This document shows positions 17,807 through 24,292 of a stretch of 32,718 bases of DNA, one piece after another (the stretch's first letter is position 1; each line of letters opens with the position of its first letter). Where the stretch lies: IMG/VR virus record IMGVR_UViG_3300024310_000021, positions 1 through 32,718 of that record; one strand, given 5' to 3'. Origin of the DNA: a virus. Lineage: Duplodnaviria > Caudoviricetes. Position numbers and translations under genes: made by a program. The notes beneath the pieces are model-generated. The model was given only the letters and a program-made list of their open reading frames with translations, did not search any database and had not been told where the DNA came from.

Positions 17807-19401
17807 ACCCACGCGGCCACCGGTTCCACGCCCACCTCGTTGACCACGTGCCAGTGCGCGCGGTCGAACGCGATGATGGCGCCGACCGCTAGGTCGATCT
17901 TGAGCGGAGAGTCCGGGTGCTCCTTGGTGACCACCTGCCAGCGCCCGCGGTTCGCCACGCAGCAGTGGGAGACGTGGCGCGCCAGCCGCGGGTCTCCGTC
18001 GTGCGTGAAGCCGCCGTCTCTCATCGCCTGGGTGAACTCGTCGCACGCCGGCCCCATCCGGCTGGCCTGGTTGGTCTCGAAGCGCACCACTAGCTCCTCG
18101 TACATCTGCTCCCACTCTTCGACCTCGTGGTGCCAGCCCGGAGGGTCGGGCGCCAGCTCGATCACGTCGTACTCGTCCATCACCCGCTCGATCTCGGCGT
18201 CCACCTCGAGGCGGGGCGTCCTCCAGCGCGGGTTGGCGGCCGGCCGCTCCCAGGCCGCGGCCACAAAGATGTGCGGGACCTCCTCCACGGTGCAACCCAC
18301 CAGCGCCGTCGAGTCGCGAGAGTAGCTGCCGTCGAAAGAGAAGACCACCGGACCCTCGACCTCGCGCTTGGCTTCTCTCGACGCCCAGACGTCCGGCGGG
18401 AAGGCGCGGTGCGCCAGCGAGCGGCGCTGGTTCAGCCAGTAGCGCCTGAACTCGTTCTTGGCGCCGTCGTCTCGGTTGGCGGCGGCCTCGCGGTACTGGC
18501 TGGCCACGTTCTCCACGTCCATCCACGCGATCGCGTCTCCGGCCGCTTCGACTAGCGCGGCGCGCAAGCCCTTCTGGGTGTCGAGGTCGTGCGTCTCGCT
18601 GGCCTGACGGTGATCGAACAGCAGGCGCGGGTCGTCGACCTTGCCGGCCGCGATCTCCTCCGCGTACAGGTGGCTCAGCTCCGCCACGGACTCCTCCCCC
18701 GGGGCGTACATGGTGCTGGTCTCCAGAGACCACGGGTCTGCGATGGCGCGCTTGCCGACGTTGCGCAGCATGGTGGCGTGGGACTTCTTGAGCCGCGCGA
18801 TCACGAACAGGTGCGTCTCGTCGAAGTGCTGGAAGCTGGTACGCGCTCCGTCCCGCGCGGTCGGGGCTCCGGCCAGCGCCTTCATCTCTCCGGGCGCGTC
18901 GCGGTGCAGGATGCGCTCCTCACCGACGAGGTAGCTGTTGCCCAGCGGGCAGTTCTGGAGGATCACCTTGGCTGCGCCGTAGGCCAGGTCGTCGCTCTGC
19001 TCCTCCGTCGTGGCCACCATCGGGATGTACGGGTCGAGGATCGAGCGTCCGACCGGCTCCCCGTTGGCGTCGAAGCCGTCGCAGCGCACCGGCGCCTCGG
19101 GGTCCATCTCGGCGATGCCGATCCAGGCGCCCAGCTCCGTCTTGCGCGCTCCCTTGCGGCGGGAGTAGACCGCCCGCTTGAAGCGCCGACGGCCGGCCAG
19201 CTTGTGATCCTGCGGGTACACCTCGTAGGCGCGCCAGATGAAGATGCGCTCCTCGTCAGTCAGGCTGATCCGCTGACCGCGCACGTCGCCCGGTCCGTGC
19301 ACCAGGCGCTCCTCAATCCAGTCGCAGATCTGCCCGCCTAGCGACGGCCACGGCTCGGGGTCCTTCTCGAACGGTGGCAGCAGCAGACGCGGTTCGTTCA
19401 C
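17803..19401 (-). CDS. terL: Terminase large subunit (~532 aa)
   Basis: 'WPSLGGQICDWIE...HGPGD', Walker A 'RRKGARKT', Walker B 'FQHFDE', 'FRRYWLNQ', nuclease 'FDGSYSRDSTAL', 'PDPPGW', 'KIDLAV'. The start at GTG 19401 is inferred. Confidence 0.95.
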   Translation of the reverse strand: MNEPRLLLPPFEKDPEPWPSLGGQICDWIEERLVHGPGDVRGQRISLTDEERIFIWRAYEVYPQDHKLAGRRRFKRAVYSRRKGARKTELGAWIGIAEMDPEAPVRCDGFDANGEPVGRSILDPYIPMVATTEEQSDDLAYGAAKVILQNCPLGNSYLVGEERILHRDAPGEMKALAGAPTARDGARTSFQHFDETHLFVIARLKKSHATMLRNVGKRAIADPWSLETSTMYAPGEESVAELSHLYAEEIAAGKVDDPRLLFDHRQASETHDLDTQKGLRAALVEAAGDAIAWMDVENVASQYREAAANRDDGAKNEFRRYWLNQRRSLAHRAFPPDVWASREAKREVEGPVVFSFDGSYSRDSTALVGCTVEEVPHIFVAAAWERPAANPRWRTPRLEVDAEIERVMDEYDVIELAPDPPGWHHEVEEWEQMYEELVVRFETNQASRMGPACDEFTQAMRDGGFTHDGDPRLARHVSHCCVANRGRWQVVTKEHPDSPLKIDLAVGAIIAFDRAHWHVVNEVGVEPVAAWV

Positions 19402-19409
19402 GGCCGCGC

Positions 19410-19415
19410 AGCATA
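19410..19415 (-). promoter_or_regulatory. Candidate -10 box (TATGCT) for a leaderless or near-leaderless terL transcript
   Basis: TANNNT hexamer 8 nt upstream of GTG 19401, which lacks a clear SD; terL is separated from upstream minus-strand genes by a divergent gene and a hairpin. Confidence 0.35.
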
Positions 19416-19513
19416 CTTCCCGCAGCGGCCTCTCCGACCTCCGTTTCGCCGCCGACCGGCGCGGGAACTCCTCCCCCCGGAGGCCAGCACGTCTAGGAAG
19501 GGAGCTCAGCACC

Positions 19514-19888
19514 GTGCCCGAAACAGCCGACAAGACCACGTCGAAGCCCGATCTGACGCCGCCCGTCTCGGAAGCGGACGCCCGCCGAGACGACGTAGGC
19601 GACGGATCGAACCTCGACGAGTCCCACCCCGTCGCGGTCGGTACGGATCCGGACGAGACCGACGCGCTGGCGGCGGGCCAGCGGCCGCCCACGGCCGACT
19701 CCGTCCGCGTGGAGATCCAGCAGCTCGAGGCGGACCTCGAGCAGTCGCGCGGCGGCTACCTGGCCTACGAGAACGCCAAGGCGGACGACCACATCGTCCG
19801 CGATCAGAACCGCGACGCCCACGCCGCCTACCAGCGGATGGAAGCGCGGGTCAAGCACCTGCGCGAGAAGCTGAGCCAAGCCGGCTGA
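19514..19888 (+). CDS. Hypothetical protein with acidic disordered N-terminus and coiled-coil C-terminus (124 aa); the only credible plus-strand gene
   Basis: SD-like GGAAGGGAG upstream; GC-rich third codon positions; fills the gap between terL and 19949; followed by a hairpin. Confidence 0.7.
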   Translation: MPETADKTTSKPDLTPPVSEADARRDDVGDGSNLDESHPVAVGTDPDETDALAAGQRPPTADSVRVEIQQLEADLEQSRGGYLAYENAKADDHIVRDQNRDAHAAYQRMEARVKHLREKLSQAG

Positions 19889-19902
19889 GCGCGGGGAGAC
19901 GC

Positions 19903-19936
19903 GCCCCGGCGGCGGTCCGCTCCTCACCGCCGGGGC
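19903..19936. terminator. GC-rich hairpin between convergent genes
   Basis: GCCCCGGCGG (19903-19912) and CCGCCGGGGC (19927-19936) form a perfect 10-bp stem. Confidence 0.65.
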
Positions 19937-19948
19937 TGACGTCTTAGC

Positions 19949-20311
19949 TCAGCGCAGCGTGATGGTCTGATCCCACCAGTACGTCTCGGAGCCGCCGCCG
20001 GCCAGTGAGATGGTGGCGGTGGCCGTGACGTAGGCGGAGCCGGAGCGGAACGTGCAGCCGGAGGCCGTGGCCTCCCACTTGGTACCGGTCGAGTAGGCGC
20101 TGGCACCGCTGCCAACGCAGCCGCCCTGGGTAACGGTCGCGTAGACCGTGGCGCCCAGCTCGTCCTGATCGAGCGCCAACGGGCCTGAGACGTGCGCGGC
20201 CTTACCGTTGGCCGTGATCTTGCCGGTCGGGTCGAACCGGCCGGTCATCGCTCCTGCCGACGCCGCGAGCGCGAGCGCCAGCACTGCGGTGAGAACGATT
20301 GCCCGCTTCAT
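19949..20311 (-). CDS. Small secreted beta-sandwich-like protein (120 aa)
   Basis: SD AAGGAGG; signal peptide MKRAIVLTAVLALALAASAGA; two Cys; beta-strand pattern. Confidence 0.85.
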   Translation of the reverse strand: MKRAIVLTAVLALALAASAGAMTGRFDPTGKITANGKAAHVSGPLALDQDELGATVYATVTQGGCVGSGASAYSTGTKWEATASGCTFRSGSAYVTATATISLAGGGSETYWWDQTITLR

Positions 20312-20511
20312 GGAGCAACACCCTCCTTCGTAGTCGGGCCGCGTACCCCGGGATGGGTACGAGGATCATCTCGAACCTCCCTTCTCCGGCAAGACGCCGG
20401 GCTGGTCAGACGGTCGTCCCTGGGAAGATTGTAGCGCGGGCGCTCGTTCTTGGCGCCGGTCAGGAAGCCGCGCCGAGCGATCAGCCAGAACCAGCGCAGG
20501 CGGCGTTTCAC
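20308..20511 (-). CDS. Possible 67-aa basic peptide (doubtful; overlaps a promoter-like/structured leader)
   Basis: GTGA and ATGA overlaps at both ends; MKRRLRWFWLIARRGFLTGAKNERPRY... Confidence 0.35.
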   Translation of the reverse strand: MKRRLRWFWLIARRGFLTGAKNERPRYNLPRDDRLTSPASCRRREVRDDPRTHPGVRGPTTKEGVAP

Positions 20512-20615
20512 CAGACGACGTCCTCCCACCAGATCCACTCGTAGACGCGCCAGCGCCCAAGCAGGTAGACCCGCGCCTCGTCCCCGAGCGACGTGATCTC
20601 GATCAGCTCCCTCAC
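20508..20615 (-). CDS. Micro-ORF, 35 aa, Trp-rich
   Basis: MRELIEITSLGDEARVYLLGRWRVYEWIWWEDVVW; GTGA-coupled on both sides. Confidence 0.5.
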   Translation of the reverse strand: MRELIEITSLGDEARVYLLGRWRVYEWIWWEDVVW

Positions 20616-20737
20616 TCCACCACCCGTACCTCAGAGCCGCAGGCCAGGCAGCGCCGGCGCTCCGCCCGCCGGTCCCAGTAGGCGAACGTGCGCTTGCCAC
20701 GGCAGTAGATCCTGACCCAGCCGCGCGCCGGCTTCAC
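20612..20737 (-). CDS. Micro-ORF, 41 aa, Cys-containing
   Basis: MKPARGWVRIYCRGKRTFAYWDRRAERRRCLACGSEVRVVE; GGAGG upstream; GTGA-coupled. Confidence 0.55.
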   Translation of the reverse strand: MKPARGWVRIYCRGKRTFAYWDRRAERRRCLACGSEVRVVE

Positions 20738-20802
20738 GCGTTCATGCCTCCGCCCAGCCAGGAGGAGACGCGCCCGACGATCCAGGCCAGCAGCCGCTTC
20801 AC
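20734..20802 (-). CDS. Micro-ORF, 22 aa, amphipathic
   Basis: MKRLLAWIVGRVSSWLGGGMNA; SD GGAGGAG; GTGA-coupled. Confidence 0.5.
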   Translation of the reverse strand: MKRLLAWIVGRVSSWLGGGMNA

Positions 20803-20897
20803 GCCCGCTCCTCCGGCGGCAGCATGTACAAGTCGACGTAGCGGCGGTCTCCGCTCAGTACCGACAGCGCCACGCGCAGGCGGAAGCGCCAGCTCAC
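20799..20897 (-). CDS. Micro-ORF, 32 aa
   Basis: MSWRFRLRVALSVLSGDRRYVDLYMLPPEERA; GGAG upstream; GTGA-coupled. Confidence 0.5.
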   Translation of the reverse strand: MSWRFRLRVALSVLSGDRRYVDLYMLPPEERA

Positions 20898-21064
20898 GCC
20901 TGCTCCGCCCGGAGCTCAACTTCGGCCAGCCGGTAGCGGTACAGCGCCAGCTCGCTGCCCTCGGCGTTGGTCACGACGCCCAGCCGCACCAACGGCGCCG
21001 CGTCGAGCAGGTGCGCCATCAGGGAGGGCACGCGCACCACGCGGATCTCGACGGAGCCGCTCAC
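20894..21064 (-). CDS. Hypothetical protein, 56 aa
   Basis: MSGSVEIRVVRVPSLMAHLLDAAPLVRLG...; GTGA-coupled to terS. Confidence 0.55.
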   Translation of the reverse strand: MSGSVEIRVVRVPSLMAHLLDAAPLVRLGVVTNAEGSELALYRYRLAEVELRAEQA

Positions 21065-21519
21065 GCGCCGCTCACCAGCTTCAGGCGCGGATCCTCTCGC
21101 GCGGTCTTGGCGGAAGCCGCCGGCTCCGGCGGCCCGGTCGTCGCGGCGGCTTCCGCCTTCTCCTCGCGCTTGCGGTTCTCCGCCAAGCGCCACCTGAGTC
21201 GCAGCCTGTCCTCCGGCGTCGCGCCCAAGCCGGACTCCCGCCGGCAGATCTCGGCCAGGACGCCCGGCGTCGGGCTGCGGAAATACTTGTCGACGATGAG
21301 CGCCAGCATGTGAAGGCGCTGCCAATCCGTCCCGATGAACTGGCTGGCCTGCGGACTAGTGGCCCAAGTCTTGTACCAGGCGCGCGTGGCCGCCGTGAAC
21401 TTGGAGGCGCCCGGCAGCTTGGGCGCGGTCTTCGGCTTGGTGAGCTCCGTCTGCTTGTCCTTGGCGCGGACGCGCTGCTTGTTCTCCGGGGGCATTGGGG
21501 CTGGGCCGGTTCTTGCCAT
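21061..21519 (-). CDS. terS: Terminase small subunit, actinophage type (152 aa)
   Basis: 'MARTGPAP', 'TRAWYKTWATSPQASQFIGTDWQRL', 'AEICRRESGLGATPEDRLRLR'; follows HNH and lies upstream of terL. Confidence 0.88.
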   Translation of the reverse strand: MARTGPAPMPPENKQRVRAKDKQTELTKPKTAPKLPGASKFTAATRAWYKTWATSPQASQFIGTDWQRLHMLALIVDKYFRSPTPGVLAEICRRESGLGATPEDRLRLRWRLAENRKREEKAEAAATTGPPEPAASAKTAREDPRLKLVSGA

Positions 21520-21905
21520 CAGTGCCCCCCAACCGAACCAGAGAAAAGCATAGCCGGCGGGCTGATGTCGTGTGCATGCAGTTCGAGATGCAACCCCACC
21601 CCCCCCACGCCCCCGTTGCTCCTGGGCGCGTCCTCGACACCGTGGCAGTGACGGCACGCGCTCCGGGTGGTCTCGAGGGAGGCGCGGCGGTGATCACCCT
21701 CCAACTCGGGGTCGAGGTGCACCGTGTCGGCGCGGCCGGAGCAGCCGGGGTGGCGCAACTGGCAGACCCCTCCGTCGTAGATCAGCCTCGCTCGCCGCAC
21801 TCGCGACCAGTGGGCGGTGGGGACTCCGGTCACCCTGACGTGCTCGGGACACCTAGACCCTTCGGTCGGGCGTCCGCACTCCAGGCACGCGCGTCGAGGA
21901 CTCAC
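21519..21905 (-). CDS. HNH endonuclease-like packaging cofactor (128 aa)
   Basis: 'RRACLECG...SRCPEH', 'WSRVR...DGGVCQL...GCSGRADTVH...SACRHCH'; GTGA start at 21905; TGATG overlap with terS. Confidence 0.8.
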   Translation of the reverse strand: MSPRRACLECGRPTEGSRCPEHVRVTGVPTAHWSRVRRARLIYDGGVCQLRHPGCSGRADTVHLDPELEGDHRRASLETTRSACRHCHGVEDAPRSNGGVGGVGLHLELHAHDISPPAMLFSGSVGGH

Positions 21906-22402
21906 GAGGCGGCGAGTATAGGGGGCAGCGCTCCCCGGTCGTAGCCCCACTCCCAAGGACAGCGCGCGCCCAGCTGCTCGTACGGGTCGCCCACCACGCC
22001 GGCATCCCTCATCTGGCGCACCCAGTTGTCCGGGTTGACGAACGGGTTGGCCCACAGCGGCACCGCCTTGCCCTCTCCCACCTGGTCGGTTAGACCCAGC
22101 GCCGACAGGATCTTGTCGGCCCTGCAGTAGTAGCCGGTCCACGTGGTCTGCTTGTGCGTGACCGCCCACAGCGTCCTCACCTGAACGCCGGAGGAGCGGG
22201 CCAGCACGTGGGCGGGCGCCAGGATGGAGGGCATCGGCTCGCCCCGGGCCATGGCACCCCGGTCGCCGGCGGTGGCGCTCATCTGACCGGACGTCCACGC
22301 TCCCCAGGCCTGGCCGGAGTAGGCCGAGTCGGCGGCTCGGGCGCGCCACCACGGGGCGATCACGTTGGCCAGATCCTCGGTCAGCACCACCAACGCGTCC
22401 AC
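21902..22402 (-). CDS. Hypothetical protein with possible XRE/Cro-like HTH (166 aa)
   Basis: SD GGAGGTG; 'HVLARSSGVQVRTLWAV...ADKILSALGL'. Confidence 0.6.
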   Translation of the reverse strand: MDALVVLTEDLANVIAPWWRARAADSAYSGQAWGAWTSGQMSATAGDRGAMARGEPMPSILAPAHVLARSSGVQVRTLWAVTHKQTTWTGYYCRADKILSALGLTDQVGEGKAVPLWANPFVNPDNWVRQMRDAGVVGDPYEQLGARCPWEWGYDRGALPPILAAS

Positions 22403-22467
22403 TCAGAGCACCTCCGCTCCACTCAAGCGTAGCCCCGGAGCCCGGGCGCGGAATCCGCGGAAGCTAC

Positions 22468-22710
22468 TCACCGACGCACCCGCACGCCGTTGCAGTGAGA
22501 GCGCAGGTACAACTCGGTCGACTCGCCGCCCATCCCGATCCGCCGCGCCTTGCGTTCCAACTCTCTAGCGACTACGGCCACGGCCTCCCGCAACCACAGG
22601 CGCTCCTCGTAGGACAGCCCGCGCCGGCGCAGCTCGAGGTAGGCGGAGCTCAGCGCGACCCGCCGTTGACGTGCGGAGGAGGAGCGCGAAGAGGAACCGT
22701 TGACCGTCAT
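22468..22710 (-). CDS. Hypothetical basic protein (80 aa)
   Basis: GGAG SD before ATG; helical 'AYLELRRRGLSYEERLWLREAVAVVARELERKA'. Confidence 0.55.
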   Translation of the reverse strand: MTVNGSSSRSSSARQRRVALSSAYLELRRRGLSYEERLWLREAVAVVARELERKARRIGMGGESTELYLRSHCNGVRVRR

Positions 22711-22767
22711 TGGCAGACTCCCAAGCGAAACCGACTTCTCACGCTATCTGCGCCGTCCCCTTCACCC

Positions 22768-23031
22768 CCCCCTCTTTTAGAGGGGGTGGGGTTGCGGTAC
22801 ACGCCTACGTAGCACGCTGGCAGCGCTGGTTTCGCCCCCTTCGTAAACCAGCGCCAATCAGCGCCAGCGCTGGTTACACCGCTTGCTCTAGCCGTTCTTT
22901 GACGGCCGGAAACGCTCGCGTGGCGCTGGTTGCTCGCTCCGGCCGCGGAGACCGCGAAACCAGCGCTAGCATGCCGGCGCTGTTCACACAGTTCAGCTGT
23001 TTTCCGCTCAACCACGCTGTGTAACCAGCGC
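22768..23031. repeat. Iteron-like cluster of AACCAGCGC/GCGCTGGTT 9-mers plus a hairpin; candidate replication origin
   Basis: Exact copies at 22823, 22846, 22867, 22923, 22958 and 23023 in alternating orientation, one-mismatch copy at 22856; hairpin CCCCCTCT-ttt-AGAGGGGG at 22768-22786. Confidence 0.75.
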
Positions 23032-23080
23032 CACGGGGGTGCCGTTCCCAAGTCGGCCCAAGGTCGGGTCCCGGGGACCG

Positions 23081-23326
23081 TCAAGAGCGCGCCTCCGGAG
23101 GGGTGAACGGGTAGCCGTGGTCGCTGTACAAACGACCTTTTGGGACGTCTTGGAAGGCGTCCCCGTAGCCCCTGACGTAGGCCGAGCGCATGGCCGCCGC
23201 CACCATTGGAATGAACTGACTTGGCAGGATGGAGAGCACGCTGAACAGCTGATCCCACTCCCCCGCCAAACGGACGTCGATGTCGGCTTCCAACAGCTCC
23301 ACGCGGGTCGGCACGCGCTCGTTCAC
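23081..23326 (-). CDS. Hypothetical protein (81 aa)
   Basis: SD GGAGGAG, GTGA-coupled; 'AAAMRSAYVRGYGDA'. Confidence 0.7.
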   Translation of the reverse strand: MNERVPTRVELLEADIDVRLAGEWDQLFSVLSILPSQFIPMVAAAMRSAYVRGYGDAFQDVPKGRLYSDHGYPFTPPEARS

Positions 23327-23538
23327 GACTCCTCCGCCGGCTCGACTTCAACCTCGACCAAACGGGCCATGACGGAGAGACGGACCAGCGGCGTGTGGTT
23401 GAAGTCGGCGTCTCGCTCCACCCTCGACACGCTCAGCGGGGTCAGGTCGATCTCCTGGCCTTCGTGGACCCAGACGACCCGCCGCGCCATGATGCCCAGG
23501 CGGGCGTACTCGACGCGGATCTCCGGCAGATGCTTCAC
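23323..23538 (-). CDS. Hypothetical protein (71 aa)
   Basis: GTGA-coupled on both sides; small beta-rich domain. Confidence 0.65.
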   Translation of the reverse strand: MKHLPEIRVEYARLGIMARRVVWVHEGQEIDLTPLSVSRVERDADFNHTPLVRLSVMARLVEVEVEPAEES

Positions 23539-23768
23539 TCTCCCGGCCAGCCTTCAGCCGGCGCTCCGCCCACGCGCAGCTCGCGCTCGAGCCGCTGATA
23601 GGCCGCCACGCCCTGACTGACCAGCAGGTCGATCTTCGCCTGGTCCTCGTCAGTGACGACGCGCACCTTCCACTGGGGCAAGCCCTTGGCGGTCGTCCAC
23701 ACTTCGACTCGGGAGACGTCGGGGTGGAACCCGCCGCCGTCCTGAGCTCCTTCGGGTTGCTCGGTCAT
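23535..23768 (-). CDS. Hypothetical protein (77 aa)
   Basis: ATG 23768 with SD GAGGAG overlaps the MTase stop; 'SRVEVWTTAKGLPQWKVRV'. Confidence 0.7.
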   Translation of the reverse strand: MTEQPEGAQDGGGFHPDVSRVEVWTTAKGLPQWKVRVVTDEDQAKIDLLVSQGVAAYQRLERELRVGGAPAEGWPGE

Positions 23769-24292
23769 GACTCCTCCTCTCCGAACAGGGTCAGGTCTTG
23801 CCACTTCTCGTAGATGAAGCACACGCGCGGGGCGTGATGATTCCGGGTTAGGACGACCACGCGCCGGACGAGCCGCGTGCCGCTCGGGCGCGTCGGCTGG
23901 ACGCGGTGATACAGCGCCACGTGGCCGCCGGTCTTACACACGCGGACCGCCTCGGCGGCGAAGATCCGCGGGCGCAGCTTGCCGGTGCCGTACAGCTCGC
24001 CGGACTCTGCATTCGAGTAGGGCGGGTCGAGGATCACCAGGTCGTAGGTCTCGTCCTCGATCCACGCGAGGTTGTGCGCGTCTCCCACCCAGGTCGGCTT
24101 CGTCTCTTCGTTCAGGTCGACGCGGTCGCCGATCTCCGCCATTCCTCCGAACGGATGAAGCACCTTGGCCGGCTTGCCCATTAGCTCCCAGAGGCGCTGC
24201 TCGAAGTGGAGTGGGAAGCCGCCTTTGTAGTGATCGCGCCGGGGACGCGGCAGGATCCAGGTCTCGGTCGGCACTCGGGTCGTGATGCTCAA
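23765..24292 (-). CDS. Compact amino (N6-adenine/N4-cytosine) DNA methyltransferase (175 aa)
   Basis: 'GGFP', 'VLHPFGG' (motif I-like), 'RVDLN', 'YDLVILDPPYS', 'EAVRVCKTGG'. Confidence 0.8.
   Translation of the reverse strand: MSITTRVPTETWILPRPRRDHYKGGFPLHFEQRLWELMGKPAKVLHPFGGMAEIGDRVDLNEETKPTWVGDAHNLAWIEDETYDLVILDPPYSNAESGELYGTGKLRPRIFAAEAVRVCKTGGHVALYHRVQPTRPSGTRLVRRVVVLTRNHHAPRVCFIYEKWQDLTLFGEEES

Noticed and set aside
17807-18733. Long upstream extensions of many track ORFs (e.g. 17534..18733, 5544..6668, 7818..8549, 21519..22352, 28720..29196)
   Set aside because: These are alternate-frame read-through inside the upstream gene; true starts were reassigned to (G/A)TGA overlaps where family motifs begin.
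19402-19692. N-terminal extension of TerL to 629 aa as in the ORF track
   Set aside because: The extension is low complexity and overlaps the plus-strand gene; terminase-like sequence begins near 19401.
22823-23031. Repeat cluster as a CRISPR array
   Set aside because: Repeats are only 9-14 bp, in mixed orientation and irregularly spaced; no cas genes.
22707-23351. 214-aa minus-strand ORF (or a 125-aa version from TTG 23084) and plus-strand 22710..23024
   Set aside because: They run through the repeat array with atypical codon usage and low-complexity products. The 125-aa version has overlaps at both ends so cannot be fully excluded, but a cis-acting role explains the sequence better.
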